Positions 5,735-13,495 of a stretch of DNA of 13,495 nucleotides are shown piece after piece; within the stretch, counting starts at the first letter, position 1; every line of letters begins with the position of its first letter. Source of the DNA: Candidatus Cryosericum sp. (GTDB lineage: Bacteria; Caldisericota; Caldisericia; Cryosericales; Cryosericaceae); NCBI GenBank assembly GCA_049699855.1, contig JBNAWM010000037.1:1-13495 (forward strand), given 5' to 3'. Both the position numbers and the translations under genes were made by a program. A model generated the notes under the pieces. The model made no database searches and was not told the origin of the DNA. It saw only the letters and a program-made list of their open reading frames with translations.

Positions 5735-8170
5735 ATGGTGACGCGTGAGTTCATCACGGCGCTTGCGGGCAATGCTGCCCTGCTGCTGTCGCTGGTCTAC
5801 ACCTACGACCTGCTGAACGGCATCCGGTGGGCGTCGCGGACGCGCGCGGGTCACCTGTTCACGGGTATCGTCATTGGCGCTATGGGCATTTTCATCATGC
5901 GGATGCCGTGGACCTTTCAGAACGGCATCATCTTTGACACGCGCTCCATCCTGCTGTCCATCTCGGGCCTGTTCTTCGGCGCACTGCCAACGGCTGTGGC
6001 TGTGCTTGTGACAGGGATCTACCGCTTCACGGAGGGAGGTATCGGCGTATTGAAGGGCATCAGCATCATCGTCACCTCCGGCGCCATTGGTCTTGCATGG
6101 CATCAAGCATGGAAGAACCGCCTGACCGAACTCACCTTCTTCCACCTTTACGTATTAGGACTGGAAGTCCACCTCGTCATGCTGGCCCTGACCTTCCTCC
6201 TGCCACTGCAGACAGCACTTGCCGTTCTTCACGACATCACCCTGCCTGTCCTGGTCATCTATCCCCTGGTAACGGTGGCCGTCGGCCTGTTGTTTGTGGA
6301 ACGTTTGCAGCGCAATCAAACGGCCACAACCCTGCGGGAGAGCGAAAGCGAGTTCCGGGCGCTGACCGAGCAGGCAGCCATCGGCGTCACCAAAACCGAG
6401 TTCACCACAGGGAAGTATGTCTTTGTGAACCAGCGCTTTGCGGACATTGTCGGCTACACGCGGGAGGAGCTGCTGTCCATGACCTTCCAGCAACTTACCC
6501 ATCCCGACGACCTCGCAGAGGACCTGAAGAACATGGACCGTCTCATGACGGGTACAGCAGACGAGTACCATATGGCAAAGCGTTACCTGCGCAAGGATGG
6601 GACGGCGGTCTGGGTGCAGTTGACAGTCTCCCCCCTGGCGGCGCCTGGAGAGCCCCCGAACGAGCTCATCGGCTTTGTCGAGGACATCACCGAGCGCAAG
6701 AGCCTGCAGGAGGAGCGCGAGCGGCTGGCGCGCATGCTGGAACAGAGCCTCAACGAGATTTACGTCTTTGATCCCCGGACCCTGGCGTTCACCTATGCCA
6801 ACCGGGCCGCCCTGGACAACATCGGCTACACCATGCCCGAACTCCGCGCCATGACGCCCCTTGACATCAAGCCACTTCTCACCGAGGCCTCTTTCAGGGC
6901 GCTGGTGCAGCCATTGGTCGATGGCAGCCGCGAGCGTGTGCTGTTTGAGACGGTGCACCGCCGGAAAGACGGCACCGAGTACCCCGTGGAGGTGGCACTG
7001 CAGTTGGTGGGCGAGGGCACCGGTCGAGTCTTCATGGCCGTCATCAACGACATCACGGAGCGCAGGAGACTGCAGGAGGAGCGCGAGCACATGGCGTCGT
7101 TCCCAGCCCGCAATCCAAGCCCGGTCCTCGAGTTCGGTACCGACGGATCCCTGCTGTATGCAAACCCTGCCGCCCTGGAAACGCTGGAACGGCTGGGCCT
7201 GCCGGCCGATTTGCGTCAGTTCCTGCCCGAGACGCCGGCTGACCTGGCCCTGCTCGCTGCACAGTGCAGGGAGGGCCCGGTGGTCCGGGAACTGCCGCTG
7301 GGCGGAAGGATCTACCGCAAGGTGATCAGCGCTCCGGATGAGAAGAAGCTCCGTATCTATGCCATCGATATCACCGACCGCAAGCGGGCGGAGGCAGCGA
7401 TCCAACAACTCAACGCAGAACTGGAGGAGCGCGTGCGCCGCAGGACCGCCGAGCTGGAGGCAGCCAACAAGGAACTGGAGGCGTTCAGCTACTCGGTCTC
7501 TCACGACCTGCGCGCTCCCCTGCGCAGTATCGACGGCTTCAGCCAGGCTGCCATCGAGGATGCCGCAGGTACCCTGCCCCAGGCGGCGCGCGATGATCTC
7601 CAGCGCGTGCGGCTGGCCAGCCAGCGTATGGGGCAGCTGATCGACGACATGCTGCTCCTCTCACGTGTCACCCGCGCCGACATGCACATCCAGCCGGTGG
7701 ACATGACCGCACTGGCTGCCGATGCCGCTGACGAAACCATGCGCGACAACCCCGGGCGGGCCGTACAGCTGGACATTGAGCCCGGCATGACCGCGACCGG
7801 CGACCCCCGGCTGCTGCGCATTGTCTACGCCAACCTGCTGAGCAACGCCTGGAAGTTCACCAGCAGGCACGGACATGCGCATGTGGAGGTGGGCACCACC
7901 GAGGACCCTGCCAGCGGACATGCGTTCTTTGTCCGCGATGACGGCGCGGGGTTTGACCCCCGCTACAAAGACAAGCTGTTTGTAAGCTTTCAGCGCCTGC
8001 ACTCGCTGGAGGAATTCCCCGGCACCGGCATCGGCCTGGCAACCGTCGCGCGCGTCGTGCGCCGCCACGGAGGGGCTACCTGGGCCGAGGGCGCAGTTGG
8101 GCGCGGGGCAACCTTCTATTTCACGATCCCAGATCTTCGCACACCATATCCCTCAAAGGAGGAATCATGA
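5735..8170 (+). CDS. Membrane sensor histidine kinase: 5TM-5TMR_LYT (LytS/YhcK-type) domain, 3 PAS, Cph1-like HisKA-HATPase
   Basis: Hydrophobic N-terminus with IIFDTRSILLSISGLFFG. PAS domains end in DITERK, DITERR and DITDRK. H-box ELEAFSYSVSHDLRAPLRSI, N-box NLLSNAWKF, G1 DDGAGFD, FQRLH, G2 GTGIGLA. SD GAGGTG at 5725-5730, so the start may be the GTG at 5738. Confidence 0.93.
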   Translation: MVTREFITALAGNAALLLSLVYTYDLLNGIRWASRTRAGHLFTGIVIGAMGIFIMRMPWTFQNGIIFDTRSILLSISGLFFGALPTAVAVLVTGIYRFTEGGIGVLKGISIIVTSGAIGLAWHQAWKNRLTELTFFHLYVLGLEVHLVMLALTFLLPLQTALAVLHDITLPVLVIYPLVTVAVGLLFVERLQRNQTATTLRESESEFRALTEQAAIGVTKTEFTTGKYVFVNQRFADIVGYTREELLSMTFQQLTHPDDLAEDLKNMDRLMTGTADEYHMAKRYLRKDGTAVWVQLTVSPLAAPGEPPNELIGFVEDITERKSLQEERERLARMLEQSLNEIYVFDPRTLAFTYANRAALDNIGYTMPELRAMTPLDIKPLLTEASFRALVQPLVDGSRERVLFETVHRRKDGTEYPVEVALQLVGEGTGRVFMAVINDITERRRLQEEREHMASFPARNPSPVLEFGTDGSLLYANPAALETLERLGLPADLRQFLPETPADLALLAAQCREGPVVRELPLGGRIYRKVISAPDEKKLRIYAIDITDRKRAEAAIQQLNAELEERVRRRTAELEAANKELEAFSYSVSHDLRAPLRSIDGFSQAAIEDAAGTLPQAARDDLQRVRLASQRMGQLIDDMLLLSRVTRADMHIQPVDMTALAADAADETMRDNPGRAVQLDIEPGMTATGDPRLLRIVYANLLSNAWKFTSRHGHAHVEVGTTEDPASGHAFFVRDDGAGFDPRYKDKLFVSFQRLHSLEEFPGTGIGLATVARVVRRHGGATWAEGAVGRGATFYFTIPDLRTPYPSKEES
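6683..7088 (+). repeat. 40-bp imperfect direct repeat pair (6683-6722 and 7049-7088) bracketing PAS2
   Basis: GACATCACCGAGCGCAAGAGCCTGCAGGAGGAGCGCGAGC vs GACATCACGGAGCGCAGGAGACTGCAGGAGGAGCGCGAGC: 37/40 identical, 366 bp apart. Confidence 0.85.
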
Positions 8171-8610
8171 CAAAAGACAAAACCATCCTGCTGGTCGAGG
8201 ACAACCCGGACGACGTCGAACTCACGATCCGGGCCCTCCAGAAGAACAACATTGTCAATGACATCGCCGTCGTACGCGATGGTGAGGAGGCCCTGGACTA
8301 TTTGGCGGCGACCGGCAAGTACGCAGACCGGTCCCCTGCCGATCTGCCCGAAGTCGTCCTCCTGGACCTGAAGCTGCCAAAGATCAATGGCATCGAGGTC
8401 CTGCGGGCCCTCCGGGCCGACCCCAGGACCAAGCTCCTGCCAGTGGTCGTCCTGACCTCCTCGTCCGAGGAGCCGGACATCATTACGAGCTACCAGTTGG
8501 GCGCCAACAGTTATGTCCGCAAGCCCGTGAACTTCAACGAGTTCGTGGAGGCAGTGCACCAGCTGGGCCTGTACTGGCTCATCCTGAACCAGACACCGCC
8601 ACGGCGTTGA
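8167..8610 (+). CDS. Single-domain response regulator, Rcp1-like
   Basis: ILLVEDNPDD, phosphoacceptor LLDLKLP, LTSS, GANSYVRKP and C-terminal YWL typical of the Rcp subfamily. AAGGAGG SD and ATGA overlap with the upstream kinase. Confidence 0.95.
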   Translation: MTKDKTILLVEDNPDDVELTIRALQKNNIVNDIAVVRDGEEALDYLAATGKYADRSPADLPEVVLLDLKLPKINGIEVLRALRADPRTKLLPVVVLTSSSEEPDIITSYQLGANSYVRKPVNFNEFVEAVHQLGLYWLILNQTPPRR

Positions 8611-8620
8611 TCCTCAGCTG

Positions 8621-11449
8621 ATGAAGCCCATCCTGCGCGTCCTCCTCGTGGAGGACAATCCCGATGACGCGCTGCTTGCGTTGCGCGCCGTACAGGGTGC
8701 CGGGTACGACGTGCAGTCCAAGCGCATCGAGACTCCGGAGGAGCTGCGCACGGCACTGACGGACGGACAGTGGGACGCGGTGCTGGCAGACTACAGCCTG
8801 CCGCACTTTTCGGCGACCGACGCACTCGCCCTGGTGCAGGAGATGGGTCTGGACATGCCCTTCATCGTGGTTTCAGGAGAGATCGGCGAAGAGGAGGCGG
8901 TCCAGCTGATGCGCGATGGAGCCGCCGACTACATCATGAAAGACCATTTGTCCCGCCTCGGTCCCGCCCTCCAGCGCGAACTGCGCGAAACGGAGGAACG
9001 CCGACGCAAACGCGACGCAGAGCTAGCTCTTGCTGAAAGCGAGGAACGGTACCGACTGCTGTATGAGTCCATGACCAGCGGGGTCGTCTACCAGGATCAG
9101 AGTGGTCTGATCATCTCTGCCAACCCTGCTGCCCAACGCATGCTGGGCCTGACCCTCAACCAGATGCAGGGCAGAACGTCCACGGATCCTCGCTGGAAAG
9201 CCATCCACGAAGATGGCTCTCCGTTCCCTGGTGAAACGCACCCCTCGATGGTCGCGCTGAGCACCGGCAAGGAAGTGCGCGACGTGCTCATGGGCGTCTA
9301 TCATCCCCAGGAAGATACCTACCATTGGCTGCGCATCGACGCCATTCCGCAGTTCCGTCCGGGCGAAAGCCGGCCATACCAAGTCTATGCGCTCTTCGAC
9401 GACGTGACCGCCACTGTCGTCGCAGAACGGGCACTGCGGCAGTCCGAAGCGGATCTGCGCCGCGCTCAGGAACTGGCCCACATGGGCAGCTGGCGCTGGG
9501 ACATTGCTCGTGATGAGCTCACGTGGTCCGACGAAATGTACCGCATCTACGGAATTACCCCTGAGGATTTTCCAGGAACATGGAACGACATCGTGGCAAG
9601 AGCCGTACACCCGGAGGATCGGTACAGGGTTTCGCTTGCCAACCGGGACCTGATCGAACATGGAGACGTGCGCCCCATTGAGTATCGCATCGTGCGCCCG
9701 GATGGCTCCATACGGACGGTGTGGGATCAGTCCAGCAAACTGGGTGTCGACGACCAGGGGCGCCCTTCATTTGTCACGGGCGTCGTCCTTGACGTCACGG
9801 AGCAGCGCCAGCAGCAAATGGAGCGCGAGGCTTTGCTGGCCAAGGTGCAGGCAGACAAAGACTTTCTAAGTCTTGTGCTTGCCAACATTGCAGACGAAGT
9901 GTGGTTTGCGGACAGCTCCGGCCGTTTCACTCTGCAGAACCCGGCGGCCTGCAAGGCGTTTGGACTGGACAAGCCTAAGGACATTGACATCCAGTCGTTC
10001 GCCGAGAGCCTTGAGGTGCTCCGCCCCGATGGCAGTCCGCGACCGGTGAACGAAGCTCCCGCTCTCAGGGCCCTCGCCGGAGAAACGATAGAGGGCTTGG
10101 AGGAGATTGTCCGACTTCCATCCAGCGGCGAACTGCGCCATCGCCTGGTCAATGCCACCCCCCTGCGGGGTTCAGATGGCACAATAACCGGATGTGTCGC
10201 CATTGTCCGCGACATCACAGACCTCAAGAGAGCCGAGGCGGAGAAGGATGCCCTGCAGGAACAGGTGTTCCGCGCTCAGAAGCTGGAGGCCATCGGAGAA
10301 CTGGCCGGTGGGGTCGCACACGACTTCAACAACCTGCTGACCGGCATTCTGGGAAACGTCGGCATCATGCGCGGCGACCTGCCGGACTCCGATCCGATGG
10401 TATCGAACCTTGATGCTATTGAGGATGCGGCCCACCAGGCTGCCGACCTTGCGAAGGGTCTGCTCACGTTTGGCCGCAAGGCCCCCGTGCAGGCGAGACC
10501 CCTGGACATGGCACAGGCGCTGGAGGCAGCGCTGCATATCCTGAAGCAGTCCCTGCCAGCGACCATGAGCATCGTGCAGAATGTCGATCCGGCGCCCTGG
10601 ATGGTCAAGGCGGACCGCTCCCAGATCGCACAGGTGATCATGAACCTGGCCGTCAACGCGCGCGATGCCATGCAGGGCAAGGGAACGCTCACCGTCCGCC
10701 TCCGCAACGAACAGGTGAGCGAGGATTACGTCCGCCTGCATGCCTTTGCCCGGGTGGGCGAGTTTGTGCACCTGAGCGTTGCCGACACCGGCCCCGGCAT
10801 CCCGCCGGAGGTTCAGGAGCACATCTTCGAACCATTCTTCACCACCAAGCCCGAAGGAAAGGGCACGGGCCTGGGGCTCTCCATCGTCTATGGCGCCGTC
10901 AAACAAGCTGATGGATGGGTAACCGCGACCTCTCCCGCTGGCGGCGGTGCCGTCTTCGACATCTTCCTGCCCCGCTGCCTCGAACAGCCCGCCGCACAAC
11001 CTGTACCGACCAGCAAGGAAACGCAAGCTGCCGGCGGCACAGTGCTCGTCGCCGAGGATGAGGACGTCGTGCGAACCGTCACTGCCGCTATCCTCACGCG
11101 CACCGGCTATACCCCCCTGACAGCGGAGGATGGTGCCTCGGCCGTCCGCATCCTTGCCGAGGATCCAGCAAGGGTTGACCTTGTCCTGCTGGACATGACC
11201 ATGCCGGGCATGACGACGCAGGAGATCATCCCAGCCCTCCGCGCCTTGAAGCCGGACATCCCCATCGTGCTGACCTCAGGGTTCACCTCCACCGGTGAAG
11301 TCCAGAACATGTTGGACAACGGGACCGTCCAGGGGTTCCTGGGCAAACCCTATCCAGTGAGTGAACTGATGGACATGCTTGGGCGGACACTCACGAGGAA
11401 TTCGGGCAAGCACAACGCAAACGGCAGGAGTGGAGGAGATGATGCCTGA
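8621..11449 (+). CDS. Cytoplasmic hybrid histidine kinase, REC-PAS-PAS-PAS-HisKA-HATPase-REC
   Basis: N-terminal REC (VEDNPDD, ADYSLP, VSG, MKD) and three PAS domains. H-box GGVAHDFNNLL, N-box NLAVNARDAM, DTGPGI, FEPFFTTK, GTGLGL. C-terminal REC (AEDED, LDMTMP, TSG, GKP). Confidence 0.95.
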   Translation: MKPILRVLLVEDNPDDALLALRAVQGAGYDVQSKRIETPEELRTALTDGQWDAVLADYSLPHFSATDALALVQEMGLDMPFIVVSGEIGEEEAVQLMRDGAADYIMKDHLSRLGPALQRELRETEERRRKRDAELALAESEERYRLLYESMTSGVVYQDQSGLIISANPAAQRMLGLTLNQMQGRTSTDPRWKAIHEDGSPFPGETHPSMVALSTGKEVRDVLMGVYHPQEDTYHWLRIDAIPQFRPGESRPYQVYALFDDVTATVVAERALRQSEADLRRAQELAHMGSWRWDIARDELTWSDEMYRIYGITPEDFPGTWNDIVARAVHPEDRYRVSLANRDLIEHGDVRPIEYRIVRPDGSIRTVWDQSSKLGVDDQGRPSFVTGVVLDVTEQRQQQMEREALLAKVQADKDFLSLVLANIADEVWFADSSGRFTLQNPAACKAFGLDKPKDIDIQSFAESLEVLRPDGSPRPVNEAPALRALAGETIEGLEEIVRLPSSGELRHRLVNATPLRGSDGTITGCVAIVRDITDLKRAEAEKDALQEQVFRAQKLEAIGELAGGVAHDFNNLLTGILGNVGIMRGDLPDSDPMVSNLDAIEDAAHQAADLAKGLLTFGRKAPVQARPLDMAQALEAALHILKQSLPATMSIVQNVDPAPWMVKADRSQIAQVIMNLAVNARDAMQGKGTLTVRLRNEQVSEDYVRLHAFARVGEFVHLSVADTGPGIPPEVQEHIFEPFFTTKPEGKGTGLGLSIVYGAVKQADGWVTATSPAGGGAVFDIFLPRCLEQPAAQPVPTSKETQAAGGTVLVAEDEDVVRTVTAAILTRTGYTPLTAEDGASAVRILAEDPARVDLVLLDMTMPGMTTQEIIPALRALKPDIPIVLTSGFTSTGEVQNMLDNGTVQGFLGKPYPVSELMDMLGRTLTRNSGKHNANGRSGGDDA

Positions 11450-13421
11450 GAGAGGCATTGGTGCAGGCGAGGCTTCCGAAGCGCAGAAGCGGGCCGCAGA
11501 AGCACTGCGCGAGAGCACTGAGTGCTATAAGAGCCTGTTTCAGAATAATCACGCGGTCATGCTGCTCATCGACCCGGACAGTGGCTCCATTGTGGACGCC
11601 AATCGCGCCGCATCCGACTACTATGGCTGGACTCACGAAGAACTGCTGAAAAAGAAGATCTCAGAAATCAACACGCTCAGTGTCCCCGAAGTTCATGCAG
11701 AGATGCAGTCTGCGCGTGCGGAAACACGAAACTACTTTGTTTTCAGACATCGGCGGGCGGATGGTTCCATCCGCGACGTGGAGGTCTACAGCGGCCCCCT
11801 GGTGCTGATGGGCAAGACCCTCCTCTATTCGATCGTTCACGATATCACCGAGCAGAGGAAGGGAGAGGAGAGACTGCGCAGCAGCGAACAGAAGTTTCGT
11901 CAGCTGTTCGAGAACCTGCCCGCCGGCTTTGCATTGCACAGCATCATCCTCGATGCCCAAGGCAAGCCGTGCGATTACCGATTCCTGGAAGTCAACCCCG
12001 CATATGAAGAACTGATGGGCTTGAAGGGAGCTGATATCGTCGGAAAGACGGTGTTGGAGGTCCTGCCCGATCTTGAGCCGGAGTGGATCGAGCGCTATGG
12101 CCGGGTGGCTCTCAGCGGGGGTCCGGTCCGCTTCGAGAATTTCGCCAGGGCTCTGGGCAAGCACTTCGATGTCAGCGCCTACTCCCCCGCCCCGGGGCAG
12201 TTTGCGACCGTCGTCCTGGACATCACGCCGCGCAAGCGGGCAGAAGAGGAACTGCTCAAGAACGAAGAACAATATCACAGTTTGTTCGACTCCATGGACA
12301 TCGGGGTCTTCTTTTTCCAGCCCGGAGGCACCATCACGTTCGCCAACCCTGCCGCCCTGGATATTCTCGGGGTGACGCTTGATGAGATCAACAAGCTGGA
12401 GCCTACCGACCCCCGCTGGCGGAACATCCGCGGCGATGGGTCGCCCTTCGACGACGAGTCCCTGCCCTCCGCCATTGCCGTGCGCACCGGCCAGCCCGTG
12501 CGCGACGTGACGATCGGCATCTACAACGCGCACGAGGGCGCGTACCGCTGGGTGCTGGGCAGTTCCATACCTCAGTTTCGCCCAGGCGAAACATCCCCCT
12601 CGCTCGTCTACGTCACGATGGTGGACATCACCGAGCGCAGAAAAGCCGAGCAGGAGAAGGCATTCCTGCAGGAACAGCTCATCGGTTCGAGAAAGCTGGA
12701 GGCCATCGGCCAGTTGGCGGGGGGCGTAGCGCACAACTTCAACAACCTTCTGACGGCTCTCATGGGCTCCATCGAGATTGCCCGCATGGACCTTCCGCCA
12801 GGCAGTCCCGCCGCGGTGGACCTGGAGGGAGCTCTGGCCGCCGCCCGCAAGGCAGCCGAACTGACGCGGCAGCTGCTCTCCTTTGGCCGCAACGCGATGA
12901 TCGTACCGGTGGCTCAAAACGCCAACGCGCTTGTCTCGTCAGCCATGCAGCTCATCTGCTCCTCCGGTGTCTGCTCGTGCACTCCCGGCTCAGCGGATAC
13001 TGTCCTGGATCTCAGCCCTGATGCCTGGGAGGTTCTGGCGGACCCCTCACAGATGACGCAGGTCCTGCTGGAGCTGATCAAGAATGCACACGAGGCCATG
13101 GGGGATGGAGGCGTGGTCACCATCCGCACGCGCAACGCGGCCATCGGGGAGGAATACGTCGCCAGCCATCCGTACGGCCGGACGGGAGATTTCGTGGTCA
13201 TCTCCGTCGCCGACACCGGAGGGGGCATCGACCCCGAGATCATGCAGCACCTCTTTGAGCCATTTGCAACGACGAAGCAATTTGGCAGAGGCATGGGTCT
13301 TGCCATGGTCTTTGGGTCGCTGAAACAGGCAGGTGGCTGGGTGGACGTCTCCTCGGACCACGGCGCAGGCACGGAGATCAGCCTCTACCTGCCGCGCTCA
13401 ACCGAAAAGCAGCACGGATAA
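11442..13421 (+). CDS. Cytoplasmic PAS-PAS-PAS-HisKA-HATPase histidine kinase (atypical H-box, no receiver)
   Basis: Three PAS domains ending HDIT, LDIT and VDIT. H-box GGVAHNFNNLL, ELIKNAHEAM, DTGGGI, FEPFATTK, GRGMGL. Start moved from 11379 to ATG 11442 (or 11439) because of GGAGG at 11432-11436 and the short overlap with the upstream stop (11447-11449). Confidence 0.92.
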   Translation: MPERGIGAGEASEAQKRAAEALRESTECYKSLFQNNHAVMLLIDPDSGSIVDANRAASDYYGWTHEELLKKKISEINTLSVPEVHAEMQSARAETRNYFVFRHRRADGSIRDVEVYSGPLVLMGKTLLYSIVHDITEQRKGEERLRSSEQKFRQLFENLPAGFALHSIILDAQGKPCDYRFLEVNPAYEELMGLKGADIVGKTVLEVLPDLEPEWIERYGRVALSGGPVRFENFARALGKHFDVSAYSPAPGQFATVVLDITPRKRAEEELLKNEEQYHSLFDSMDIGVFFFQPGGTITFANPAALDILGVTLDEINKLEPTDPRWRNIRGDGSPFDDESLPSAIAVRTGQPVRDVTIGIYNAHEGAYRWVLGSSIPQFRPGETSPSLVYVTMVDITERRKAEQEKAFLQEQLIGSRKLEAIGQLAGGVAHNFNNLLTALMGSIEIARMDLPPGSPAAVDLEGALAAARKAAELTRQLLSFGRNAMIVPVAQNANALVSSAMQLICSSGVCSCTPGSADTVLDLSPDAWEVLADPSQMTQVLLELIKNAHEAMGDGGVVTIRTRNAAIGEEYVASHPYGRTGDFVVISVADTGGGIDPEIMQHLFEPFATTKQFGRGMGLAMVFGSLKQAGGWVDVSSDHGAGTEISLYLPRSTEKQHG

Positions 13422-13451
13422 CTGCCACGTACACGTGATGAGGAGGTTGCC

Positions 13452-13495
13452 ATGATGAAGGATCTCGTTCTGAAGAACAGAAGCTACCGAAGGTT
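13452..13495 (+). CDS. 5' fragment of a probable nitroreductase-family protein (runs off window)
   Basis: Strong SD GAGGAGG at 13440-13446. Translates MMKDLVLKNRSYRR(F/L), matching the nitroreductase N-terminal FMN-binding R/N-R-S-x-R-x-F pattern. Only 14 full codons are visible. Confidence 0.65.
   Translation, partial: MMKDLVLKNRSYRR

Noticed and set aside
11379..11441. Longer N-terminus of the last kinase given in the ORF track
   Set aside because: It would overlap the upstream gene by 71 nt. The SD position favours ATG 11442 or 11439.
5285..12917. Minus-strand ORFs 5285..6145, 6155..7504, 10172..11026, 11661..12917 and other short alternative-frame ORFs
   Set aside because: They overlap well-supported genes, mostly on the opposite strand, and have no motifs.
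13426..13437. CACGT-AC-ACGTG palindrome between the last kinase and the nitroreductase start
   Set aside because: Only 5-bp arms and no U-tract, too weak to call a terminator or operator.
1..13495. CRISPR array, tRNA/rRNA, IS element or frameshifted pseudogene
   Set aside because: No spaced identical repeats, RNA gene signatures or transposase ORF were seen, and all main ORFs read intact.

Overview
GC-rich bacterial window with two divergent gene clusters. Minus strand (5357->97): a TetR-family regulator followed by a heterodimeric type IV (TM287/TM288-, EfrAB-like) ABC exporter pair. The second subunit is 964 aa rather than the usual ~600 because a ~350-aa Ala/Gln-rich helical domain, built from 2x46-aa and 2x42-aa repeats around a central loop, is inserted between TM1 and TM2. 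A TTGACT-N4-AGTCAA palindrome upstream of tetR is a likely operator, and a 37-bp REP-like palindrome follows the operon. Plus strand (5735->13421): a tightly packed signalling cluster of a membrane LytS-type/PAS kinase with a Cph1-like kinase core, an Rcp1-like single-domain receiver, a REC-3xPAS-HK-REC hybrid kinase, and a paralogous 3xPAS kinase with an atypical H-box (AHNFNN) and a Cys cluster. A probable nitroreductase gene starts at the right edge. No RNA genes, CRISPR arrays or transposases were seen. The best candidate for something undescribed is the stalk-bearing ABC exporter subunit.
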